From Ruditapes philippinarum (lineage: Eukaryota): 64,000 nt of DNA. The notes under the pieces are model-generated. The model saw only the letters and a list, made by a program, of their open reading frames with translations, did no database searches and was not told the origin of the DNA. The DNA lies in assembly GCF_026571515.1 (NCBI RefSeq), contig NW_026864183.1, positions 62,001 to 126,000 on the forward strand, given 5' to 3'. Both the position numbers and the translations under genes were made by a program. Shown here one piece after another: positions 25,985 to 37,968 of the stretch (position 1 is its first letter; every line of letters begins with the position of its first letter).

Positions 25985-27999
25985 CGAAGAACTGTTGTTA
26001 GAAAAGATATATTGTCGCGGTATATAAGTTTTGTAGTGCATGCGAATCAATTGAAATGGAAAGATAAAACTTTCTCTTTAAAGTTAAAAAGGGCATATGT
26101 TTAAGAGTAATGTGAATATTTAGACATTGAAGAGACTTAAAATATGAAGAAGGCACAATTTAAACGTTATGATATAATGCTAAGCTTAAAATATAACGTT
26201 GCATTAACATACTATTGGAGATTCTTTGAAGTCTTGATAATTTCGTCAAAAGTATTGAATGAAACAATAGTAATAAAATAAAACAACTGTTATAAATAAT
26301 CAATCATTTCATTTTCTGAACTAAAATTATAAAAAAAACTAAAACTTATAGTCAATAAGCACGTAATTGTTTACAAAGCTTTATTTTTGTTATTCATTAT
26401 ATTTCAAGAAAATGTCGGCTGACCAAGTTTCAAAGTTTATATGAATTTCTCCAAGTGTCGGTTAGTAAAAGACCTTTTATGACCTATTTTTCTTAACATG
26501 CGTTTGAAGATAAAAAATGTGTATTATTTTTAATTATCATTGATATAAAGTAAGATTGTTAGATTCGCGTGACATGTAGGTTGGTTTTCAACTTCTCACA
26601 GCTTAAAAAACATCCAGGATATATGCAAGTGCGACAGTAAAAAGACAACGCTCTATAAATTAATCCCACGCTTTTATGCCATTCACCAAATAAGAAAGTG
26701 AAAGGTAAAATATTTGATGGAAACCTTTAAAATTGCCCAACACGACAAAATTAGGTATTTTATAGGTACGGTTTATTTGAACCTGTTCTTGTATATGCAA
26801 TGTATCCCCCAAACCAATAGCACCGTATGAAGCAATTTCAGAAAATTACGTATGAAAATTAAGCTATTTAGATGTGCTCAGATTTGTTCAGATTCGTTCA
26901 AAGGCAGTGATCATATCGCATTTAATGTAAGCCTTATCTTGAAGTAACATAGTTTAATTAAACGAAAATTAATGTTTCTTTGAAGTAAATATGCAAAACA
27001 GTAAACTGCTTGTAAAAAAATGGTAATCAAAAGATAACATAAAGTTATAGGCTTTGATATTGAAATTTCACTGGTTTGCAATAAAACAGATATATCGGTT
27101 ACGTTCAACAAATGAAATAATTGAGCGTCTGTTAAATACATATAACCATTTTGGAAATTAAAAGAAAATGTGAAAATTTATTTAAGAGTAAAAAACCAGC
27201 TTTTTATGGTGTGTTAACATGCTGTATACGTTGTAGCTAAATTAAGAGATACGGGATTTGACAAATTTAAGTCAAATCATACAATGTTGAAAGGTTTAAG
27301 ATAATAACATAAATCAGTTAACATTAAAGCATGTTTATGTTTACATATGATTTGATACTCTTGTTTTATCATATCAATTATCTACATTAGTTTTGCTGTT
27401 CGAAAACGAAAGAGGAATTAAATCAATTTTGTTATATATGTAGTAGGTGGTCAGCAACTTTTTTTTAGTGAAACAGACATATATGTAAGTTTATGTATCT
27501 TAAAATTTAAGTTACAGAATAATTTTTAATTCTATTAAATACATAAAAAAAATGAATACTTTCATGGGAAGTTATATTATCATTGTGTACACCTTCTTAG
27601 CTCAATATTGAAAGAATCTACATTTTGTAATTTTGTTATCATAACTTGTGTTAAAATCGGCGCAAAAATGTTTTTTTATAAAATAAGAAAATAATAATAA
27701 TAAAAAGAAAAAGAAAAGAAATACACAATGTTATAATAAATATTATCTTATTATTTAAGATAAAACATTTTTCAAAAGTTTGTTAAAACTATGACCATTT
27801 CATCACTTCTTTTGTTTTTGTATAAGCCCCCAGGAAGAGTTCAGATATTGTTAATTTACAAATCAATGCCTTCACAAACTTCATCTGACCAAAGAAAACG
27901 GCACGTGACTGCAAAATGAAGGGTACTGAAACTACGCAATATAAAAATGTTTTGTTTTGTTTTGTTTTTTGTTAATAAATGTCTTTTTTTGTGACAAAA

Positions 28000-29735
28000 A
28001 CATGCTCAGACGTGAGATTTTGTGATGGCAGTGTGTCTGTCGTCTTTTGTTGTCCACAATTTCTTTCAACAACATCTCCTCCTAAAGTATTTGATGGATT
28101 ACGACCAAACTTTACAAGATGATCCTAAAGTGGTTCTCTACTACATTTATTTAAACGGTTCCGGTCTGATTCAAAAGAAGGTCACAGGAGCTAAAGAAAA
28201 AACTTTTTCAAAATGAAACCTTTAAAGTTTTCTTTTCAGAAACTACAAAGCCAAGAGCTGAGATATTTAGCAGGTAGCATCACCTCATGGTCCTCTACAA
28301 AAGTTATATAAATCATGCCCCCGTGGTCAAAAATGGTCCCGCTCTAGGGGTCACTCAGTTTACATAGGCGTTTAAATGAAATTGCATCTAAGTCTTCTTT
28401 TATGAAACTGCAATGCCTAGAGCTTAGATATTTGGCTGTAGCCTTGTCATGTGTATGTCAACAAAAATGACATAAATCATATCCCTAGGGTCAAAATTTG
28501 CTATACTCCGGGGGCCACTTAATTCATATAGACTTGTAGAGTAAAAATAACTTCAGGGCATTTTCGGGAGTTTTCATATAGACATATAAATTAAAACTGT
28601 TCAATAGATTTCCTTAAAACTTGACATTTTGTTAGAATATAATGACAGAAATATTTCAAGCGAAAAACGGTGGGTGTCATCGATGATTCAAATTTTGAGT
28701 TATTTGCCCTTGAATCAGCATGATGCCATTTTCTTAAAGATATTGACACAGGTTTAAAGCTGAAAGAAAAAACAAAAAAAGAAAAAGAATACCAAAATTA
28801 ACCCACTTTTATTCGTTCTTAAAATTTTGCACAATGACTCAAACCAAAGTAAGCTAGGATGGTCCCCTATGGTACCACTGTTCTTATTATTTCCAGCAAA
28901 TTGTATAAATAAAAAGAACTTGAATTTACTATTTTATTAAATTGTGTTTAAATGTCGCATTTTGACTTTAAAATACACATGTCATTCATAGAATAACTCA
29001 ATGATTTAAATTAGAATCATCTACGGTTAGTCCGCCATGTTTTGAATGGGAGCTTAAATGGAGAGCACTATGGTACCGTAGTATGTAAATTGATGGCCAT
29101 TTTTGGCTTTAGTATAACTTTTTTCAACAGAATGTGACGTCACTACAGTTTCAGCAGACGACCTTCACTTGTCGGAACATGAAATTATCAGTTTAACTGA
29201 TAAATATGGGGTAAAATAAAGAAGTATTTTCAACACATGCGGGCAGCTTTGGATTTTTCTATCAATGACAGAAATTTATTTGAAATGAAAATATTCTTAA
29301 CAATTTCTATCCAAATTAAAAAAGGAACACTTCCAGTTTCCACTTTCATGGTTGAAAGAGTATTTGGTGGCGTTCAGTGGGTAAAGAAACAAATTTTCTG
29401 CTTACACCGGAATTGGAAAAGACGCGGTACCCGCGGGGAGTACTATACATGAAAATAATAAATAATAAGCTTTAACTTCATTGTAAATTAACTGCCCTTG
29501 AATTAAGTAAAATAGTCCAATTAAGTGTCAGATAATTCAAAAACGAGAACTATAACCGCCATTTTTTAACATGCCAGTTCGATTGAACAGTTTTAATCAT
29601 GCCTATATGTCTATATGAAATCTCCCGAATTGTCCTTAAAAGATTTCTCCTCAGTGTCTAGAGCTAAGATATTAGGCATGTGGCATGACCTTATGGTTTC
29701 TACAAGAGCCCCGCTCCAGGGGTTACTTATATAGA
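28000..29735. mobile_element. HINE/Helentron-like element with internal tandem units, interrupted by a Kolobok-like insertion
   Basis: 'catgctcaga..tgtgatggc..gtctgtcgtc' head; units 'agagct(g/t)agatatt..atcatgcccc..ggtcaaaa' resume at ~29660 after the insertion; related in reverse orientation to 48348-49586. Confidence 0.6.
28556..29635. mobile_element. Kolobok-like non-autonomous element (~1.08 kb, ~50-bp TIRs)
   Basis: ttca|GGGCATTTTCGGGAGTTTTCATATAGACATATA..TTAAAACTGTTCAAT ... ATTGAACAGTTTTAA..TATATGTCTATATGAAATCTCCCGAATTGTCC|ttaa. Confidence 0.75.
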
Positions 29736-30748
29736 TAGATTGATTTCGTTAAAGAATACATAGACATGGACATTTAAACATTATGTAAGGTACAATTGTA
29801 TCAGAGTATGGAGACTTTTCTTTTGAAAATGTGTCAGAGTTAAATCATATACATATACATGCACAGTGCGTTAACTGGAGTGCAGGTTTAAGCCAATTGA
29901 TTGGCTCACTTTTGCTGGGGTTTACTTATTGTCATGGCAGAGAAAGGGAAAGCGATATGTATATCATATTCAGATGCTCGTTCATTGGTTACTTTTTTCT
30001 GGGATGACAACAGGGGACGTGTTATATGTTTGACTATGATACAAAAGAGAAAGAACATCAAAACACTCGGCAATCTGATTCATACTCGGAGGCTACACAA
30101 CCTCGTACAAATCAGATAGCCTCGTGTTTCGAGGCTCTTTCTATTACATATTTAACATACTTGAAAATAAATAAGCCATGACATGTACACCAACACCAAG
30201 GATAGCACAAAGAAATGATACTCTTATTTCCATTGTGTGTTGGTGGCAAAACATAGAGAGCCTTTATCCAGTGCAAATATCGTGCACCTTAGTGCAGTAA
30301 CGAAATAAGTTCTTCTACATTTTACAGAAGTTAATCAGTTAATGCACTAAGATGACGATATATACTTTCAATTAAATATCATCGAAGTTAGATTTCAATT
30401 ATTTTTACACAGTTTACACGCCATTGCGACCACTTCCGTTAGACAATAGTGTGTATTTCTTATCAAAACATTATGCTTTATCAACATACTGCTTCACTAA
30501 CGCAGTAATTAACGGCTATTTTTGTAATTTTTGAACTCTTTTTGGTGATTATAAGTGCCGCTTGGAATGTGTAAAATGCCTTATTTCTTCACTTCACAAT
30601 ATCTCACCTTTTGATACATTTTCAAATTTTTCATGCTGCTTTAAGAAAAGAACAAATTGCGACCTTTTGATTTAAATGACCACATTTATAAATTGTATCA
30701 ATTAATGTACGGATTTTACTTACAATTCACAGAATACGGTGGCAGAAT

Positions 30749-33700
30749 ATGGATCATTGTGCTGGACCCATTTACCTTGAATCAGTATGGTTGATGGCAT
30801 TCATTTTTGTATCAATCATTGCAATATGTACGTTGAAGAGGTGAGTGTTCTTATGTATCGCATAGTATTTTTAATGTCCGAGAAGCTCTTTAAATAAATG
30901 ATTGTGAAATTCATTGTACTCATTTTCCCACTGTACGAGGGGTGTTCAAATATGTATGCAACTAGGCCAATATCTTGCTTTTAACCAGGCTTTACATGTA
31001 TCGTATGGATGGTTGTATAAGCTCTCAATTTATACAATACATAAGTAAGTCAGCTCAGTAGCTTTGACAATAGCTCGATTAACGCTATCTACTCGTGTAT
31101 ACTAAAGCTAAAATGGTTGGGAAAAGGTCTCATTTCACTGACCAAATATGGTCCTACATCAAGATACGCTGTATTCTTGGTATACATGCGAAATATATAT
31201 TTAACAATAAACTTTCTTTTTCCATCTGTCACACGGTGGTGTAAAAAAATTAAAAGTAGTGTGAATTCAGTAAAATATACACCTCATGCACGCCGTTCGA
31301 AAACTGCAACTTCGCCAAAAATGGTTGAACATGTAAAGGATTTGATTGCTACTGATGCAAGATTTACAACTAGCTATATAGCCAAATGCATTGGTATCTA
31401 CCGTAGGAGCCGCTCATAAATTCTCAAACGTCATTTAAATATGTGAAGGATAAATGCCAGATGGATACCCCTAACAAAAACGCAAAAACTTGCTCGGGTA
31501 AGAACCTCCAAACAATTGTTGAAACAGTTCCCTAAATACAACAATCGATCTTTCGCAAATATCATCACTGGCGATGAGACGTGGATTCACTTTTATGAGC
31601 CCAAGCGAAAGATACATAACACAATATGGGCAACCAATTGAAGTAAGAGACCTTGACAAGCAAAACACACCATTAACTTTACCAAATTGCAGTACCAAAG
31701 GGTAAATCTGAAAATGGCAAGTTTTACAAAGTCAAGGTCCTTCATAAATTAAAGAAATATTTCAAAAGCCGTCGACCAGCAACTGGTCACCATGGTGTCA
31801 GGTTGTTGCATGACAATGCTTCGTCACACAAAGCGGCCATTAAGCGGCCATTGTAAGAGAAATTCTGAATCAGAAAAAGGTTGTCGAGCTTCGTTACCCT
31901 CCTAATTCGCCAGATCTTTTCCCTTTGTGACTTTTTCCTATTTCCGAGGCTCAAAAACACCTTGCTGGAAGAAAATATCAAACGCAAAAAAATCTCGGTT
32001 CGGCTATTTTCCAGTGTCTGAAAAATATACCTCGACATGATTATGAAAACGCATTTAAAAACTGGATAAAAAGACTTAAACTTTGTATATCACATTGTGG
32101 TGAGCATTTTAAATGATTGAGATAATTTATTTTGGCTCTTTGTTAAGCACTTCTGAAAATTGAACAGTTGCATTGATATTTGAACACCCTTCGTATATTT
32201 TAATTTTTGTTTAATTGTAAGTTAAACAGATAAAGTATTTTTTCAGCCTCAGATGCTACACGCTAGTTTTCAAAAAATGGTTAAAGTTAAGCAGTAGACC
32301 ACAGTGTTTATTACCGGTGATATCGAGCACATCAGAAGAGTACGAGGAATTGCGCAGTCCGGCATGTTGTGATGCAAGAGAGAGGTAAGCTTACATTGAT
32401 GATAAAAATTTTGATAGTTTCTTCGGTACGCAATCTGCTTTGATCATATTGTATGTTTACATCAATATTAGGATTGTATCAGTAGTACATGTATAAGAAA
32501 TAAGTATATTTTTATGTACGGAATATTATGTGTATGGACAAAAAATATGTAAATGATGTTTTTTTCACTTCATAAACTCTTTTTATTAAAAAGTTTCAAA
32601 AAAAAAATCTATTTGTGATACTAGTATGTGATAAGATTGTGATATGTGATTAGTGATTACATGCCTAAAAAATTAATCCGAATATAAACTGGCATCACTA
32701 TCGAATTAACTTTAGACTCCATGAAGATAACATAAAATGGATGAGTGAGATGTCAAGCCTACAAGATGAATTAAGGAAGAAGGACGATGCCTTGAAACAG
32801 TAATTAATTACACTTTTACCCCGCTAGTATCCCGCTTAAGTTATGTAGTGGAAATTGATTGTTTTACATAATTGACATTAGAATTTTGATATCAAACATC
32901 TTTATTCAAATAACTTGTAGTTTAGAATTTTGTCATACCGGGCAGATGGATATGCGACCGGTGTATGCTAGCCTAAAGGTAAGTCATTATATCATTGTTA
33001 TTCCATAGAGAGTTGAGCCCGGAACATTTATGCTGATGCTTCAACACTCATGATATATTCATCGGTCGATTGTATCTTTTTTGTATTGATTGCAGGTTTA
33101 AATTTATATGCATGTTACAATCACTATTTGTTCAATGACCCGTTACAAAATGTTTAAATACCGACGAAATTCTAAAAATAAAATGGCTTAAATAAGATAA
33201 ATTAAACAAACAAAAATGCAGCCGTAAGATCAAGGATTTGGACGGTTCCAGAGATGTTATATTTCTAATACTTAAAGATCGTTCAGCACCACAATATTGT
33301 TTTGTTTGTGGTATTTTGATTTTAACTATTTGGTATTTTCTTGTTGGGTGGCTACAATATTAATTCCTACTTGAATAATGTTTAATCATCCTTAAGATAT
33401 GTTGCCTGCTTTTTAATTTTGTCTATTGATGTCTTATCTATGATATGCAGGTTTTATTACCTTTTACCCCTTTTTCAAAATTTCGCGTTTAAGCCACACG
33501 TATTCTTAGAAAATACTTGGGGACTATATGCAACTTTTCATGGAATGACACAAATAATAGTGTCACATTGAAGATATCATTATTACCGCCATATAAACGC
33601 GGATGTTTCTAAAACCAAAATAGTAATATGTTCATGTTTATATGTTGAATTCTGCTTAAGCTTGTGCTAGGTTGTGTGGACGGAAGCTTGTAGATACCAC

Positions 33701-33865
33701 TATCGTTCCTGACCAGGCTCGATCAAATTGAGTCTGTAACATTTCCATTTTGCCGTTTATCTTTATTTGTAATATACATGCACCTGCATATATCGTCAAA
33801 CATATTTTACTGGCACAAGAGGCCTGAAGGTTATTTGTTACAGTTAATAAGTGCAGTAACTTTCA

Positions 33866-33897
<32 letters not shown>

Positions 33898-36800
33898 AAT
33901 TGATTGATTGTTTGAAAAGATTGATTGATTGATTGATTGATTGAAGAAAATGACTTAATATTATACTCAAATTAATTTTATGAGGTTCAAGGAAGCTGAA
34001 GCAGACTGGAAGAGAAATATGTCACGTTTACAAGATGAACTTACAAATGAACAACAACAGAAGGAGGATGCCTTAAAACGGTAAAGCCCTGTTTCGAACT
34101 TGGTATGTCCATTCACAGATGAGGAATTTAACATACAAATTCACTTTCATGTCTCGGTTATGGCCACTTTCGTTTTAAACACTGTCATAAAACATTTATA
34201 AAGGTTTAAACGACTCAGATTATAATATGAACAGTACATTCTGAGAAGCAAGTCTTATATTGGAAATATACTATGGATTGTCAATTTCTACATAAGTAAG
34301 GCGGTTGGTTGAAATGTATCAAGGGAACGTGTTAATGAGTTCAACTGACGCCTGATTTTCTCATCTGGCAACATTACTCATAAGTTCCAGGAAGCGGATT
34401 GGGAGTTGCTTTTAATACGACTGAGCTTGAATGAATATGTTCTAAGTAATTTGTACATGAATTTCAACTGTTTTTCATTTTACAAAGACTAGATAGATAT
34501 ATGGTTACAAGAAGGATGAATGTTTCCGGACAATTTGCAGTAGATTAATTTCTAAATTGATTAAATAGAAATGTCATTGTTTTTCCAGACTAAGTGCGAT
34601 AATGTCGAGCCGTTTAAGGGACGGTAATCCTAACGTAGCAGATCTTAACGATCAAAATCGTCCAACCAAAGTGGGGGAACAGTTTTCAGAACTTTACGAC
34701 AATCAATGGACAGATGCTTATGGTGCTATCAACATTTTTTTCGGGAATTCTTTAGCAGAGAGTCAGATAATCCAGATTCTTCTAGAAATTTTAGAGGTTG
34801 TTTTATACTTTTTACCAACGTGTCTTTTAATCCTTTTAGATTATTCTTATTATCAAGATGGTTTTAAGTCTCTCAAACATTGTTAAGTCATGTAGCGACA
34901 ATTCATGGTTTTTTGGTCGAGGAACATCTCAAATGTCAATAATGCGTTATTTCCTGGAGAAGAGGACACCTAGGAATAACAACTGGCCTGTGGCAATACT
35001 TAAATGGAAGAATCCAAAGTCCCTGTTGAGATTCAAACCTATAGTTATTTCTTAAATCAATGATTGATATCATATGAAATTTGTTTGACTATTGTCAAGA
35101 ATGTCTACATGTATATAATCCAGTGTAAACATACCAATTATATAATAACATAAAATCTGACCCAATAAATAATATGAAAAGGCGCAAAATCGTCTTTACT
35201 GCATAATTACATTAATTAGTGTTATCATGGACTCAACGACTTAGAACTAAAGGAAAATACGTTAAATAAATGTAAAATAAAACTGATATAAACTTGGACA
35301 TTTCAGCATTGTTATACAGAATGTAAAATCATATCAGAAGACCAGATGCACCAACTCAATAACAACGTGGCAAGTATTGCGGATGTTATTACAAGGGTAA
35401 GTACTGTTAAATAGTCGCAAAAAATCCTACTGTTGTCTATATTAAATGATTTATTTCCAATACAAATGAAATATTTAAGGATTAGTGCAATATTGAATTG
35501 AATTGAGATTTTAAATTCTGTTCTTAAAAATAGTTGTTTTTTCAGCTGTCATGTGTATTTCTTCTGTAGTTAAACTTTGGTTTCAAGATTGATTGACCAA
35601 AACCATGAAAATAATTCCAACATAATTCATAATTCATTCACGTCTTTCTACGTGACTGTGAACTGTCATAAAAAATGTTTCAATATTATCCTATCAATAC
35701 CTAAACACTGTATCGACAAAGGGAGGCACGTGACCTGTATAGGGGGACTGCACAGTGTTTATGAACATATTTAATCTTGCTACAAATTTCTTATTTAACA
35801 TATATGGTGTTATACTGACAAATAATGTTATGTATTAACTCCTATTACAGAACAGACAATACAAATTGATAATTATTAAACTCTTACTTTAAAAATGAAA
35901 GATAGTACATTTTTACACATCACAGTAATTGCTTGTCAGTTAAGGCTAAAATAAAACAATTTTGTTACTTTATTCAAGAGATTATAGTGTAAAAATACAA
36001 CAAATTCTGTCAATACCCACTTCAAAATAGACTGGTAGTCCTGTAAAATCTAAATATAAACAATTAAATATGATTACTTTTAAACAATAGAGAAAAAAAG
36101 AAACCCCAAAGAAAGCCCAACACGACAAAATTGAAATTGTTGCAGGCTCGGTTTGATTGAACTGAACAAGTGCAAACTACCGTCCTCGCCCCCTCGCAAC
36201 GGCTTCAGCAGGAACTGGTACAATTTTGAATTTAAAAACATCCGCAGATGTGTTCATATGGTGATTATCATGGAACCTTCAACACATAAGTGCCATTCCA
36301 CGAAAAGCGGCATATGGTCCCCAAATAAAATATATGTGTGCCCTGAACTAAAAAACAATGGGCGGAACTAAATAAAATGAAATTTTGAAAGGGGATCAGA
36401 GGTTATGAAGCCTGCATATCACAGATAAGACGTCAAAAAACAAATTTAAAAACAGACCACATATCCAAAGGGGGTTTCAACATTATTAAAGTGAGGAAAA
36501 CTGGAACCACCCAACAAAAAAATAAGACCATTTATTTTTGGAAAGAATCAGGTGATCATCGCCAATACCAAGTTATTAACATTATTAAATTTGTTCAGGG
36601 CATTTCCTAATAACAGATTTTAATGACTACAAAGTAGACAGAAAACTTGCAGCATCTGCAATATCTATCTATTTGCCTGGACAACATTATCTAAGGGGAA
36701 AGCCATATACAAGGTGCCATCATAAAGGTGATAACACTCATCATCTGGGAGAGAGGAAAGAGTGCATGCCAGGAATCAATTGGACTACAGTAGGACTCAT

Positions 36801-37968
36801 TCTGTTTTAGCAATAACATTTCTTAGCTTTAACTCCATAATAATTCTAAAATTGTACATTAAGTTTTTAGATTAGGCTTTCAAATAATAATTGTTCTTTC
36901 TTTTCATCTGTCCTAGAACTGCTTGTACTCACATATTAAAATAAATGTCAACATCAAAATTTTGTTGAACAAATGTTTTACTTACACTTATGAAATTGAA
37001 CACTTTCATTAATTAATCAATAAATATTTAGCCCCCAGATTTAAAATTTCATTATATTCAATCTCTACCAAAATGTTTAAAACATGGACCATTTTCATTT
37101 TTCTCTTACTTATTTCTTGACAAGATATTTTCTTTAAAAATTTGACTCATGAATTTAGAAAGCAAAATTTGAAGGTATGTACAGATCTTTAAGAGTATGG
37201 CCAACTTACCTCCTAGAGTCACGTGGTTTGTCGATACAGTGTATAGAAACCTTTGGAAAGTTTTACATGCTAACCCTAAATTATCATAAAACATTAAGTT
37301 AAGGCTATTAAATTCAGAAAACAAATATATGATTGAAATTCATAATACTATTTCAGAAACACAACAGACTTCGGACTGATCTGATGCAACGCATAAAAGA
37401 AGAAAGGAAAATGTTTGCTCTCGATCAGGTTCCAGTATTAGAATCGGTCTGTATTAATGACATCTATCTAATGAAAATGGTTGTCTTTACTGCTGTGTTT
37501 AATGCTAATGATATACAGACATTTTGGTTCAAAGTTTTAATAATATAAAAAAGCATAACTTTTAAAGTCTGTTACATTGTTTGAATAATTATAGTGATCA
37601 ATTGAGATTCAATATATTGTGTATTCATGACAATAAAAAAGAAACAAAGTTTAAATATCATTTCAGATCCTACGCAGTCTTAAGAGTAAATTTTCTTCGA
37701 AATACCAGGACCAGAGATTTCAAGATGATCCGATTATTATAACGTTTGTACAGGAGTGTTTGAAGCTATCGTGGCTGATGGTTACACAAGACCCACCCAT
37801 GGCAATTATTCTAAAAAAACCCGAAGCGAGTTTTAATAATTTAAGCCATAAACAAAACTTTGAGGAAGTGTTTTAAGCTAATTTTTTGGCCCGGGGGCTG
37901 CTTTTTAAAAGGGCGGAGGGGGATTAATTAACGAAGGGGGGCCCGAGGTTTTTAATTTTAAAAAAATG
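30749..37968 (+). CDS. TM-anchored coiled-coil MIEAP-domain protein, copy D (end of last exon garbled)
   Basis: Exons 30749-30840 (MDHCAGPIYLESVWLMAFIFVSIIAICTLK), 32247-32384, 32716-32799, 33985-34080, 34589-34796, 35307-35396, 37357-37446, 37667-~37968 (FVQECLKLSWLMVTQDPPMA, then homopolymer-rich, stop-laden sequence still alignable to VWPALL..KG). Confidence 0.75.
30936..32193 (+). mobile_element. Full-length decayed mariner transposon (1258 bp, TA TSD) in intron 1 of copy D
   Basis: TA|CGAGGGGTGTTCAAATATGTATGCAACT ... AGTTGCATTGATATTTGAACACCCTTCG|TA; fragmented transposase motifs ARWIP, IITGDETWIHFYEP, LLHDNASSH, PPNSPDL..CDFFLFPRLK with stops and frameshifts. Confidence 0.92.
33867..33943. 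repeat. (GATT)n microsatellite
   Basis: Two adjacent GATT runs just upstream of a copy-D exon. Confidence 0.95.

Noticed and set aside
5374-37968. Naming the array genes SPATA18
   Set aside because: Only the C-terminal domain is similar and the architecture differs, so orthology is not supported
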